From: Dimorphilus gyrociliatus
Taxonomy: Eukaryota > Animalia > Annelida
NCBI GenBank assembly: GCA_904063045.1
Contig: CAJFCJ010000023.1
Location: forward strand, 372,001-436,000
DNA: 64,000 nt
Direction: 5' to 3'
Shown here: piece after piece, positions 42,395 through 56,143 of the stretch
How the letters are laid out: each line of letters begins with the position of its first letter
How positions within the stretch are numbered: position 1 is the stretch's first letter
Made by a program: the position numbers and the translations under genes
Notes under the pieces: generated by a model
The model's input: only the letters and a program-made list of their open reading frames with translations
The model's database searches: none
What the model was told of the DNA's origin: nothing

Positions 42395-42639
42395 TTCTGA
42401 TATGCGAAAGAGAAAAATTAATAAATGGACTATTGCTCGAAATGCAATTATTAATTAATATAAACTATTATAAGATGTAGAATGAAAATGTTACCTTTGG
42501 GGCCTGGAAAACCAGAATTTCCTTGGCAATCTGTTGTATTGAAACTAACTGCTCTTAACCAAATAAATTGATTGAATATTTAATACTTACAACTTAAAGC
42601 GAGTAAGCAGCAAGTCAACAAAGACAATTTTAAGAGCAT
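41702..42639 (-). CDS. Small type I transmembrane collagen-like protein, copy A (~178 aa)
   Basis: Exons 42639-42591 (signal peptide [16 protein letters not shown]), 42530-42495, 42210-41965 (Gly-X-Y run) and 41907-41702 (poly-Asp linker, [31 protein letters not shown], tail RIEKLEN, TGA). All introns are phase 1; total 537 nt. Confidence 0.85.
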
Positions 42640-44701
42640 GATTAAAACTTTGATAGAGTTTTGATAACTGACGAACGAAAACTAAAATCACTTATAGAAA
42701 AAATGTTTAATATAACTTTTTCTTCAAATATTGAACAATATCATTATATTAGTCATTCATTCCTTAACCCTACTAGTATCAAGATTTCTCTTTTTCTCCT
42801 TTGATCTTGTAGAGGGCAGTCCGCGGAGAGCATACTCTTCCCAATCAAAAACAAAATAAATAGTCTTTATTTAACATTTCTAAGAAATCACTTTTCGCGA
42901 GTGGGCAAAAATGCATAAAATTCTGTTTGTCACCTAGGCCTAGTAGAGAAAAAATGGAATCTGTAGGAAGAGAATATAAAATAGAGATAGCGAATTAGAG
43001 GGTATGGTTGCCAAAGAGATGTTGTTTAACTCAGTGAACGTCGGATAGGAATAGTTGGGTAGGTATGAAACAAAAGAAGGAAAAGAATAGAAAAGAATGT
43101 GATTTATGTTTGAATGATTGAACAACAATGGTAGATAGATTTTGTATGATTTCAATAGTAAAACAAAACTTTCCAACTAGTGAGACTATATTAGACAGAT
43201 GGCGTTGTATGCAAAAATACGTCCAATGAGTAGAGACGGTTTAATTGGTGGGGGGCAAAAGGGGCATAATTAGTTTGTTTAAAGTATAAGAGGTTAATTT
43301 GTTGGAAATGAGGAGACATTGGCATTTTATGGTTAGGAATGAAGGAAATATTTTAACTCTGAAAGCATAATTCATATATATTTATCCATATGCCATCCAC
43401 GTGCAAAGATCTGAGTTCATTTAGGCCAAAATCTCAGCAAAAGTAAGTTTTTTTGAATATATTTTACTGAGTTTTAAGTTGGATTTTACTTGACCTAAAT
43501 CTTATCGTAACAGACTGTCATATAATTGTATAGGCTGAAGTTACTTTTGGCCATTATTTATAACTGTATCGTATGTATGAATCGATTGATACGCTTTGTT
43601 TAAAGTAAAAAAGAAATTGAGAGAGATAGGAAGGAGATTTGTAACGATACATTTTCTGATATAAACACTCTCAATATTTGTGTGTGCGTGTTTTTGTGTG
43701 TAGATACAAATATCATTAATTCAATCAACCTGTCAATCGATTGATTATTTCCCTATATTCATAAGATGGCAATGATTTTGGAATACGGTTAGTTTTTATT
43801 AAATATCAAATTTGATGATAATACTATAATGAATTATATATATATCCGTAATATACCAATATCAACTGTATATAGATATGAAATATTTTTTTACAATAAC
43901 TTTATTTTTATTGTCGAAGCCTTCTTTCCATATATTTTATATTTTTTAAAGCTATAAAGTCTTTAAGTAACGTCAGGGAGAAACTTCTTACGTTACTGAC
44001 AAATTTACAGGCCGCACAGAAAAACGGTCGTGATGAATACTTTAAGGTAAAAAAAAATCATAATAGAAGAATTAAAAACAAAGTAAAAAGCTTTACAACG
44101 CTAAATTTCACAATATATATATATATATAGATATCTATACAGTATATACCTTCTGTATAAAGTATCTATATATATATATACAGTATATATATATATCTAT
44201 ATTTATAAAATATGTTTATATACAGTAGTTGTTGTAAATAATATTGCACTCATCTCTTCTCTTGTTTTTACTATACTGTGTTTTTTTTCTATATTCAGTA
44301 AATTTTGAATATTTACTTTTCTTCTACCAATCACCATCATTATTAATCATTATATTATATTCATTCATTTATCAATCATCATTGAGTGTTATGCTTCTGT
44401 TTCTATTGTGCCATTTACTAATACTCTTAGTAAAATTCTTACTCCGTTTGCTCAACATGATAAATTAAAAGAATGTAATCAAATAAGAAGAGAAACCGTT
44501 GAATGCTATCTAGTATGTCTCTTGAATAGCAATACATTTTCACTTCCTTTCTCTTAAAAAGCAGTTATTGCTATTTTCTCCCTTTATATTCTATTGGTCT
44601 TAAACGCCTCTGATTTTTCTCTATTTCTTTCTTTTCGTAAATATGGCGATTATTATTATTAATAATATAACTTGTTTTGTTTGTCCGTTTATTCAAATTA
44701 G

Positions 44702-46934
44702 GAGAGGGACGGTTTAAACACTTCGATTCTAGTCATTCAAAGTTTGTTGGTAGAGGCAAAGGATAAATTTAAAAGAATGAATGAACACAATGGCCAGGAT
44801 GAAAATGGATCTAGCAAGACAAAACTAAATAATAACAATAATAACAGTAGTAATAGTAATAATAATAATAATAATAAAGAGTACGAATCGTTAAAGAGGA
44901 AGAAAAGTTTTAAAGCTTGTAAGAGATGCGAAGAATTGAAAAGTCAAATAGAAACTTTAACGGATGCTTTCAAAGGTATAAACAGAAGTATTATTATTAT
45001 TAATTAACTATATAAAATATTTACAAATGTTATTGTATTATGTTTGCTTAGACGAAAAGAGAAATTTGAGATTGGATAAAATTAATCTTATGCACGAAGT
45101 TAGAAAATTAAGGAAATCTCAGATGGGTAATAGAATTATTGATATTTTATTATAATAACTTTAAAGTTAAAACATTGGTTTTAGTGTAAGAGTAAATATT
45201 TCCTATTCGTTGCAGAAAGGGAAATCTTTGTTGAGAATTTCTGCCGTCAATACGAACAGAAAATGATTAAATTTGATGAAACTCTTTTGGAAACTATTCG
45301 CGAAAAGAAGAATTTGGAAATTCTCAATTCAGAATTGAAAAAAGAAAAGGAGAATCTCGCTAAAAAAATCGATACTAGCAGACAACAATTAATGCTTGTA
45401 AAGTTTCTTTTACTTTTTCCTTTGATTAGGCCTACATTTGCGCTCTCTCTCTCCGTCTCTCTCTCTCTGTCTCTCTCTCACATTCAAAACGCTTTTTTCC
45501 CTTTTAATCACTTAGGCAAATTCGAGAATTTTACTATTGGAAAGGGAACGAACTACGTCGACCAAAAAGAAAAAAGGACAGACGAGAGCTCATTCGGCGA
45601 GCAATTTAAGCCCCTTGGACCGTCATCTAATCATTTCTGAGCCTATTGAATCGCTGATTAATAGGAATATAAACGGAAAGCCAATTTCCTCCGAAAGCTT
45701 ACATTCTTTCAAAAATCGAGACAAAGACGTCCAAAATGAGGAGAGTTTAAAAGCTACAGATGGAGCCACCGATAAGATTGATCGTAAACGAATGGAAGAG
45801 GATCAAGTTCGGCAAGTGGTAGACACTTGGCAAAAATTGAGTAAGAAGAGGACGAGCTTTTCAAATATTTCCAAGTTTTTCGGTAGAAATCGAAATAGTA
45901 GAAGCGATTTGAGAAAGACGAAAAGTCTTCGAGATTTTACAGTCGATGAAGTCGCCGCCTGGTTTGATCAATTTTTAGGTATGGCTTGCTATAAAGAGGA
46001 GATAAAAGATAGCGTTTGCGATGGAAAGGTAAACTATAATATAATATATTAGCCAATCGCAAGACTAAACGATTAATTAATTGAGTTATATAAACATTAA
46101 TTAACTAATTAATTAAAATTGGTTCATTTTAAAATGAATTGGGTTTGTTATCTTAATAGTTTAACTTTAATTTATAACAAAACAGATGCTTTTGGGTGTT
46201 GATACTTCGGCGTTGAGTTCAATCATTAAGTTCAAGTCACCTTTACATTGTAGAAAAGTAAAAATCGCTTTGGAAAGATACAGAAACGATACCTCGAATC
46301 CGTATTCTTTAACGGATTACATAGACAACTATTGGGTATCGACTACGTTCCTGGAACACGTTGGACTTACTAGATACGCAAATAAATTTACTGAACAAGT
46401 AAGATGGCGCTTGAAATAGAATAATGAAGTAATTGAATCATTCGTTTGTCTCTTTCCTTTCTTCAATATAGTTGATTGACGGTCCAGTTTTATTATCATT
46501 AGTCGAAAGAGATTTGGAAGAGTTTTTAGAAATAAACGAATCTTTCCATAAAATTAGTATCATTTGTGGTATAGCAATGATGAAAATTCTCTCAATGAAT
46601 AAGAACGTGAGTATCCCATTTTTGTATGATATGATCTTATAGTTTTTCTTATTATTCTTATGTAAAGTTGTTGGAAGAGAGGCAGAAAAAGTGCGAGACT
46701 ATTGACGAAGATTTATTGGTTTGGAGCAATTATCGTGTTCGAAAGTGGTTAGATAGTATAAATCTTCAACAATATTCGGATAAAATTGTAGATAGTGGTA
46801 TACACGGTGCAGTTTTCCTCCTTGACGAACACTTCCAAGCTGAATATTTAGTGGAAAAATTAGCTATTAGTCAGAGAAGTTTGAGGAAACACCTGTCGGA
46901 GCGCTTTGAAGTTCTTACGAGATCTGCCAGGTAG
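44702..46934 (+). CDS. KAZN: Kazrin-like protein (coiled coil plus three SAM domains); 5' end unresolved
   Basis: Exons 44702-44975, 45052-45126, 45216-45397, 45516-46028, 46186-46398, 46472-46606 and 46668-46934 join in frame. The triple-SAM motifs (PLHCRKVKIALERY, YWVSTTFLEHVGL, LIDGPVLLSLVERDLEEFL, LVWSNYRVRKWLDSINL, SGIHGAVFLLD) match the kazrin/liprin SAM module, and the coiled coil resembles kazrin. A possible upstream 36-nt exon lies at 44011-44046. Confidence 0.85.
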
Positions 46935-49900
46935 GTCTTAAAATTACTGAAATGCAATTTATCGATAAACTTAATTAGCGTTACCACTGGGGTACGCAGT
47001 AAGGTATGATTAACAGGATAGACTAGTAAATTCAGTGTTATCTACAATAAAAAAAAATACATGTGTATAGTTGTCGTTGATACAGGCTTAAATTAGCATA
47101 TAACGAGTCGCACCTTTTGTTTATACTATACTCTTTGTGTACGCTGTGTAATGTATCCAATCTATTTAAATATGCTGAACAATTACATATAATGTAATTT
47201 GTAACCTAATACAAGGTAACAAAATACCTTGTACGGAGGTTATTGAAAACAGAGGGAGTAAAAAGAGCAACTAACACAACTGGCAGAAAGATAGGCTAAT
47301 GTTACTTTTTTTTAAATTTGTATACAAAGTATTGTTCCTTATACTATTAATAATTTCTTCTTTGAAAAGGAAAGTGCGAAGAAGAAATCGGTAGGTGATA
47401 AAAAGAGCAAATCTTGTCATTCATTTATTTAAATTTGAGTTGAGTAAATTATTAAATGAAAGGAATACATTGAATTAATAAGTAAATGAATAAAGAAGAG
47501 ATTAATGAGATTTGCTATACTCTTTCCTATTATTTTCAACCTTAAAAGCTTAAGATGATTAAGGAGAAAGTACACGTTTTATATTTGTCTCGGCACGTGT
47601 ACATTTCTAAATTTTCCTTGTTACCACTTTTCTACTTTTCACCCCCTCCCGCTCTTCTTTCCTCTCCTTACCAATTTATCTACTATGTATAGAGATGGCG
47701 ACACTGAATTAATCAGCTTGCATACTGTAAAAAGTAGAAATTTAACAATTTAAAAGGGGATTTTTTTTCTTAAAAGGAAACAATTTCAAAAGAAAAAGAT
47801 GAAATAATTTAACTTATCTGTGCAGTTTTAATTCCGCGTAAAAGATTACATAAATGTAAAATATCTACCATTAACGACAAGTTCATTGATTTATTCTTTT
47901 TTGTGTGCGAATGGAATCATATTTTTTTCCTTTTATCTATTATAGTATTTTGAGATTACGTGTGCAGTGTTTCGTATATGTACATGTCCTAGATAATAAC
48001 ATATATATTATATATCTTTAATTTACATCAACAGACCCACTAGTGCGATTTTTAGTGATTCGACGAACGAAAGAAGAAGCTCTGCAAATTCTTGGAAAGT
48101 GGGTATTGAAATATTTCTGTTTTCGATAATTATCATTGATGTACGCTTCTTTTTTTTTGGGTCATTATAGGATTCTCTTGGAAGGATTTTAAGAGGAAGA
48201 TCGAGAAGTAGATCAGACGCTTTTAATTGAAAACTTTCATTTTTTTTTTGACAAGCAAATTTTATTGACATATACAAAATATTTACAGAGCATATGATGA
48301 ATGTTCATGCAGTGTAGGCGACATATATAAAAATATAAAATATATTTGCATGCATTAAATATATACATATATGTATATATATAAGATCTATGGAAAATGC
48401 ATATAGAATTTTAGCATAAACTCTTACAGCATAGCTTGGATGTATGCATATATACATACTGATAGTCGTTTTTATAAAAGTACGTACTGTTCATACAGTA
48501 TGTATATTAAGGAAACAAATATATTTTTGTATTAGTATTATGTCTACAACTACGAAGAATTTGCACAATTATTAAACTTTTATCGTTCATTGTTTCTTAC
48601 ATTTCTCCTTTTTCTATTTATTTTAACATTTTTCTTTTAAAAAAAAAAAAAACAATAAAAGAAAAGTGAGAAAACCTTAAATTATAATTCAAACAAATAA
48701 AAAAAAAGGAAAAACAAACAAACAAACAAACAACGAAAAAATACTGAAAAGTATAACATATAATATCACATTCTGTGCTCTTTTTCATTATTTTAAGTAC
48801 GAAAAGGGAAGGAAACAAATGTTTTTTCCCTTTTTTCTCATACTTATTCACCTTTGACGGAGACGATATTATTCAAAGCAAAAAATTGGCACATGGAAAA
48901 AAAATTACAATACACCCTTTTCATTTTCCTCCGACTGACTAAATGAAACGTGGAAACTGTTTCTTTTTATTTTGTTTTTTTCTCAATTAATTTTTATTTT
49001 TTTGTTATTTTTTCCTCTTTTAATAAAGATTTTGGACGGATATTCAATTCTTTCCATTATGTAAAATATATATAAAGATATTCCACCTCTAGATAAATAT
49101 TCAAAAATATATTATTATTATTATTAATATTAATTGTGTTCATTAGTCAATTTTTACGAATAGATTATGTAGTGTTGTTTTATGATGCTACTGCTACAAA
49201 AAACAATTCAAAATTTGCTCAAATTGTCATATTTTACAAATAAAGGAAAAAGGTATAAAAAGGAAAACAAAAAACAAAACTGCACATTTTAATACATCTT
49301 ATATTATCATACAATATATGACAGAAACATATTGTGTAATGCGTGACGTAACAATGCTGTTGGACAGATTGCAGGTATGTGCTTGTTCTTCATAAAACTA
49401 AAAAACAAACAGAGAAAAACAAACAAATAAACGTTTCGTTCGATTGGTCCGCTTTCACCAGCCTAGAATTATTCTTGTTACTCATTATTAGGTCAGCGTA
49501 TTTTAGAAAAAATAACAATCGTGTTGATATGATTTATTTTTTCTGAAATGGTGTGCTTTCCTAATAAAAAGCAATAAGATTTTTCTCTCTTTATATATAT
49601 ACTGTATATGCTTTTAATACAATTTAATATATAACAACCTGGATAAATGAGGCACTAAATATTTTCAATTTTGCATATGTTAATTAATAAATTACATTGA
49701 CGATACATATGTGTACCTGTAAAATTTGGATTTATTCCTATGTACAAAGATGATATGATTGTAGATTGTTATATGTATAAAATGGACGTTATGCAACTGT
49801 ATCTCGTAAAAGTAGAGAGTAGAATAGATGTTTAGAATAGAAAATAACGATTATATACTATACAAATATATATATGTATATTTAAAGAATTTAGTGTTAT

Positions 49901-52770
49901 ACGCTACAAATTCTCTTTCCCTCCTTACAGGCGAAAAGTTTCAATTCTTTCTTATTTTCCTCGAAATTACTTTGATTGCATTTTTCAAAATGATTATTAA
50001 GAAAGAACTTGAACAAACAAAGAAAGAAGACAGCAAGGAGAAAAAGTTAATGTCATTCGTTTCATTCCTTTTTTTTTTCACTTTAAAAGAAAAAAGACGA
50101 AGAAAAGGAAGAATATACACAGGGATGACAAAGGATAAAGTACACCAATTTTATCCTATAAAAGTCTATAATCGTTAATTAATTATAAAGCCGTCTGATG
50201 CACGTAGATATGTCCGTCGAAAGCAGCCGTAAATAGTATTTCCTTACTGCAGTAAAGGTGTGTTAAGTAAGTAATGGCGATAGAATTCATTTGACGGTAA
50301 AACTCTCATTAATTGCATTATAGGAGCATGAAAATATATACTGTATACATATATATGTACATATACATGTATATATTAATATATATCTATATACGGTATA
50401 TATAATTTACTTAGGGTGTGTATTTCGTAATTCCCTATATGAGAATAGAGTTTTGGCAAACTTCCAGAAAAACATTGTACCTTATTGTATCTGCCTTAGC
50501 TAATGATATGCTATTTTCTAATATTATCCTAACCCCCAGCAATTTCTTTTTTTTTTTTTGAGAGAATTCTACAAGATTTTAAGTACGGAAATGTTTCTTC
50601 TAGAAAAAAGTCACTCTAAATTAAATAGAGAGTATTGTAACATCAATGTGGACAGGCAGATTGGGGGGGGGGGAGAGAGAGGGAATAAACTAAGGAAATG
50701 AAACAATATATATATATATATAAACTGCTATATAAATAGCCTACGTTTTTAATCTTATCAAGAAAAGATATGAGTCATAAGGAAAACAGAAATATTTTCT
50801 GATTATTCATTCTCTGTCGTAACTTGCGTTATTGGTTTCATAAATAAATAAAGCTTGTTTTATCTTAATTTATTTTTTGTTTTACTTTACAGTCCTAATA
50901 CACACTCCACTACTACTGAACAGATGATGTTGAATGATTGAAAAAAAACGCGCGTCACGCATTATTGATTACTTTTGCCCCTAAATTATTCTCGGCTGCT
51001 TTAATGAGACATGTTTTTCACCCAGGTATATTTTTCGAAGGGAGCTGTGCATTTCCATGGAAACGCCGTGGTAAAGATGAAACGGAAATACCTGTTCCCT
51101 TATTTCCCTGATACATACAGCCTGCGAGTATGCTTAATATGCGTATACAACACATTTATACGTAGAAAGGTGTTATGGAACAAAGATATATATATATATA
51201 TATATATTTATAAACAGTGTACAATATATATATTATGTATAAACTATATATACATATATATATATATATGTATATGTTGTATATAATTCGTTAATAAATT
51301 GACTTAAGTACTACTATCGTCCTTTGATTTTGTGACAAAAGTATCTATACAAACAGTAGAGTCGCTATTGAGAGAGTAAAAAGTGTATAAAATACAGTTG
51401 CATGACGTCAGTTAAAGAGTTACTGTTGTCGTTTTTGTACTGATTGACCTGGTTTTTGAAAATGTTCAATTAAGTAGAAAAAAAATGGCATATAAAAAAA
51501 GAAAGAAAGAGTAAAGAAAAATATAACAAAAAAAAAACAAGGGTCTTGATTATTATGGACTTTGTATAATTAATTAACCGACGTGTGCCGTGCCCGCGTT
51601 ACGTTTCTTTCTTTCAGTCATTCATTCAGTCAGTTAGTCGAATACGGTTGACGGATTGTTAATCGGGTTTGTGAACACTGTATATGTTTTCCTACTTTTC
51701 ATTTCTCCCTCAATAGAATAAATACAAAAGTAGAAGAATGAACAGATAAACTCTCTGCTAATATTTTATTGCATATTTTTTTTCTTTTCGCTTATTTACT
51801 ACTAAAAAAAATTCAACAAATTCTATTATCTTCTTTTATGCTTATTTCTTTTTGTAGACAAAAAGAAGAGAAACAAAAATAAACAAAAACAATTTGAGAG
51901 AGAGAGATACAGAGACTGAATAAGTGTTTTTCGTACCAAAAATTCACACAACACACAAATAAAAGTATTATTATTAAACTAAATTGAATTGTAAGGAAAA
52001 GGGAAATTATCACTTCGCATTTCATTTATATTATCATTAATAAATTGTCAAAAATATCTCTTAAAATGTTAAAAATATCAAAAGAAAATAAAAATCCTCT
52101 TCTTATAAATTATGAAGTATTTACGTCCCTTTTATTTATTATTATTTCTTATAATTCATATATTTGAATACTATACTAGGTCTTAATACGATTTAGGATT
52201 TTCGTTTAATATTATAAACAGTAACTCTTTAGTTGATGTTCCTTTTAAAAATTTTAAAAGGAAACACTTACCAAGTGTTTTGTTAGCTCTGCAGAAATTA
52301 TTCACACACAGTTTTTGTTTTTCTTAACTAAAATTAATTGCCCATTTTGAGAAATTGAGAGAAGTTAGGAAGGCGGAGATGCGTGTAACAGTTACATATA
52401 CACTTACGTACGAATACATATTGGTCTATAAATGTATATATGTATAGCATTATATCTTACTTGGAAGATACAGAGAGAGAGCAAAAAAAAGAGAGAGAGA
52501 TAGAATATAAGGATATATAAATATATGAATAGATAAATAGAGAGAGAGAGAGAGACTGACCGGTTAATAAGGGAAGTATGAGAATACAGTAATATCTTGA
52601 ATTTTCTTTCCCTTCTTACTATTCTTCTTTCTCTGATTATCTTCATCTTCGTCTTCTTTCCATTGACGTTTTTCTCCTTCTTCTATTCCTTCTCTTCTGA
52701 TTCCTTCTCCTCCTTCTCCTCCTCCTCTTCCTTCCACTTCTTCTCTTTCTTCTTCTTCAACTTACTTATC

Positions 52771-55700
52771 TCAAATGTTTGCTACCAACTCTGATAGCAT
52801 TTGAGGATAATTTTGTTCAATACTCAACGACGGTAGGGTTATACTTTTATCCCCTTCCCTTAAAGTTATTAATTGAAGAGCTGCAGAAGCATTTTTATTA
52901 TCCAAGTTCAGTTGAGGAAATAGTTTATCAGTAACAGCATCCAATAAATATGGATCTTCTCCCGTAACGAGTGTCTTATTAGAGCAGGAGAGAACTTTTC
53001 TTGGCCTAAAGTGTTAAATAGATTATTAATTAATGGTTTTTACAGGCAATGAATAAATATTATAGATCTAAACTTATTTTCTCTTCTTCTTTTATGGCAT
53101 TTTTTTCCCTTTCTATTTTTATATAAATCATTTTTTTTCTACTTAAAAACATTGTTAGGTTCTATCGAGTTTTGACTTTTTTATTTGCCTCAAAGGACAT
53201 TTCTAATTTCGTCTATCACGTGATTGAACGTAGGCTTGCTTCAATATGTTTTATAGTCTGACAGGCTGTTATAGAAAAATTATTGGCTTATCAGACAACA
53301 GTAGATAAGCCGATGGGTCAAAAATTGTACGTACACTTGAATAGCAGGAGGTATTAGATAAGCGATGTGATTTTCTACGAAGATGAAGCTAAATTATCAT
53401 CTTTGAATAAAAGAGATATTGTTGAGATTAAGAGAAAAAATATAGAAAAATCTTAAGAGAGAGAGAGAAAGAAAGACAGAAAACATAGAAGAAGAAGAAA
53501 AAACAGCATTATATCTGTTCATATAAAGTAGCATAATGATGATCGATTCAAAAAGACACGAGCCACAAAATAAACATTTCGTGTACATAGGTACACGTAC
53601 AAATAAACATGAACGTTTGACTACAAGGGGCGAACATGTGACGCTCTTAAAATAAATCATCGATTAGAGTAAGCATTATACGATAGATTTATTACGATTG
53701 TAAATTAGGGCCACTAAAAATTGAATGGAAGGTTTTGTTTACTATTTTTTTGTATATTTTGTTCGAAATCCTATTAATTGATTGATGACCTAAAAAGGGA
53801 CGCCATACAGTTGCCATAAAAAGCATTGCATAACTGTCCTGAACAACGTTTAATAGAGCGAAAAATCTATTGATCACTGTTCAGTTGTCTTAAAAAAAAA
53901 AGAATTGTAGATTGTCCTACTTTTCCTTATTCTACATAAGGAATATGATAATTGTGAATTGAATTATTGATAGTTAAAGCGCTAACTGACCTTCCTCTTC
54001 TGGCGGGGGCGACAACAACATTTTGCCCTTTTTCCACGCTTTCGAAGAGTTTATTCAGCAAATCAGGATTGGCTACCGAAATCTTCCTCTCACCTTTAGG
54101 TGCCATTTTGGACGGAGGTGTTACTGGGCGAACTTCTTCGTCGCTGTCTTTGGTTCCAAGAGGCGGAAGAATTGGATAGTTGACTGCTGGAGAAACATGA
54201 GAGGGCCTATTGGGTTGTTGCCAGAAGGATTGTGGGAATGCCCTTAGTCTCATTGGTAAAGGTTTCGGTTCTAGGTAAAAAAAGAGTAAGGTATAATTGT
54301 TAGCTTTAAAAAAATGTAATTGAATATTCAATATTTCTATAGAGAGAACGAGAGAAGAACGAAAAAAGAATTAAATAATAAAGAGGGAAAGAAGTAGGCC
54401 AAGTTAAGTTTTTACATATAGATTATTAATACTATTATTTCTCTTATGTATAAAGTATTTCTAGGCTTTTACTAATACTTCTACAGATAAACAAAGAGCT
54501 TCCACGCGATATACCTATTTTCTCTATGTATATAGATGTTTTTCTATAGTATTAAAATACAAATACAAAATTATCAGCAAGTTCAATATTTAATAAATAG
54601 TTTAGACTATAGTTTTTTGTAACCTACTTAAGGATACTCTTCCCTTAAAGCTTCATTAACCTTAGATTATTGAATTCAAGGTAATCTATTCTTTACGACA
54701 TTATCACGATTCGATAGTTTTCCCAAGTTGATTCGTGAGTTAGATAACCTAATTATTTAAAAAACAGACCCATTCGAAGTTTGTAAAATGGGCAGGCTTA
54801 TCTTTTAGCCTATAGATTTAACTACAGTCGATAAATGATTCGGATAGATTACAGAACTTATATTTTTATAAGATTTTTTTGGGTGGATTAATAGCGGTCA
54901 TGGTTACCGGAAAACATGGTCAAACACCTAAGTCGTCAATTGATTATAGGCTTAATCCGTTTAGAAATAGTGCAAACTGTTTACTTTAATACACGTTTAG
55001 CGTGCCTTGTAGATCATTCTTAAATATATCATCATGCTAGGCCGTTTTCGTCAATTAAGCCGATTGAAGCCTACTTCCGATTCTATTGCACTTTCAATGA
55101 ATTTTTATTATAAACGTTTTTCACTAAGAACAAAATAGAAAAGAGACATAAACTGGTAAGAATATCCAACAAATATATAAATAGTTAAACAATTTCGTTG
55201 CACTGAGTTATGAATATTTTAAAGGATTCTTGTTATTATAATCTATAATCATTTTGATCAAAAAAATTCCTTCCTTTTTTCTGTCATTTAAAGAATTTCT
55301 TATCAATTTAACTTCATCTTTAATAAAATAATCTATAAATCTCTTCTGTTTGCGTGAATTTTATTATTGTTTGAGGAATATTTTTACTATTTATGCTATC
55401 ATTATTATGTAATAATTACATTTTAAAGTACCATTAACCCAAATGTTTACCGTCCTCCTCTCTTTCTCATCCTCCGCCCTTCTCACTCACTCTCTCTCTC
55501 TCTCTTTAGCTTGCTATTGTATTCAACAACACACTGTTCTCTCTTTCATTTTCATGAATAAATCAATATAGATGGAATGAGAAAGAAATTTTTCTAAAAT
55601 TTTCAACCGCTACCTAACATGCAGATTAATTATTCTATTATCCTAAAGAAATCTTAATCTCTCTCTCATTCTCTCATTCTCTCTCTTAATAAAATGCTGA

Positions 55701-56143
55701 AAAGAGGGAACAGCACAGATCCGCTCTCTAACTTATATTGCTTTTATATGTACGAATACATTAATACAAGAACTTAATGCAAAACTATTACCTTTATGCC
55801 TTGGTTTACACAACTTTGGCGGTGCAGGTTGTTTCCGAAGACCTGGTGCAGGTTGCTGACTGGCGTGAAATCTCATCAACTTGTTACGTCTCACTGTTAT
55901 AGGCTTCTTCTCTTGAAACTCGTGGGCGTGATGCTCAAACCCTGGTTTTCTTACATATGTAGGTCCACTTGCTGTAGACGAATTAGGAGATCCTAAACTT
56001 TCGTAATCGTGATCCTGCAGTGGAAGAGGGCTAAAGGTAGAAGAACTATCCGAATTATTATTTATTCTTGGAGAATCCAATTCTTCTTCATCGCTTGTCG
56101 TAACCAAAGGCCCTGAGTTTGTTCTTTTCGATGAGGACGACAT
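52771..56143 (-). CDS. ~288 aa largely disordered protein with a YAP/FAM181-type TEAD-binding omega-loop motif; no WW domain
   Basis: Exons 56143-55792, 54270-53991 and 53005-52771 join in frame (867 nt). It contains PLPMRLRAFPQSFWQQP, compared with YAP PMRLRKLPDSFFKPP. The last exon (RPRKVLSC...LPSLSIEQNYPQMLSELVANI*) is not in the ORF track. Confidence 0.75.

Noticed and set aside
40215-42639. A single gene with two collagen modules as the main model
   Set aside because: An in-phase paralogous TM exon with a stop (41907-41702) and a second signal-peptide exon (41073-41031) lie between the modules, which favours two genes.
43199-43273. ATG exon as the kazrin start
   Set aside because: The G-run at 43250-43255 leads to an in-frame TAG at 43271, before the donor.
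48023-48277. 84-aa minus-strand ORF as a terminal exon
   Set aside because: No upstream partner exon found (the TEAD-motif gene already stops at 52771) and no homology recognised.
49444-49462. Sequence resembling mature miR-133 (TTGGTCCGCTTTCACCAGC)
   Set aside because: Three mismatches in 19 nt and no complementary arm on either side to form a precursor hairpin.
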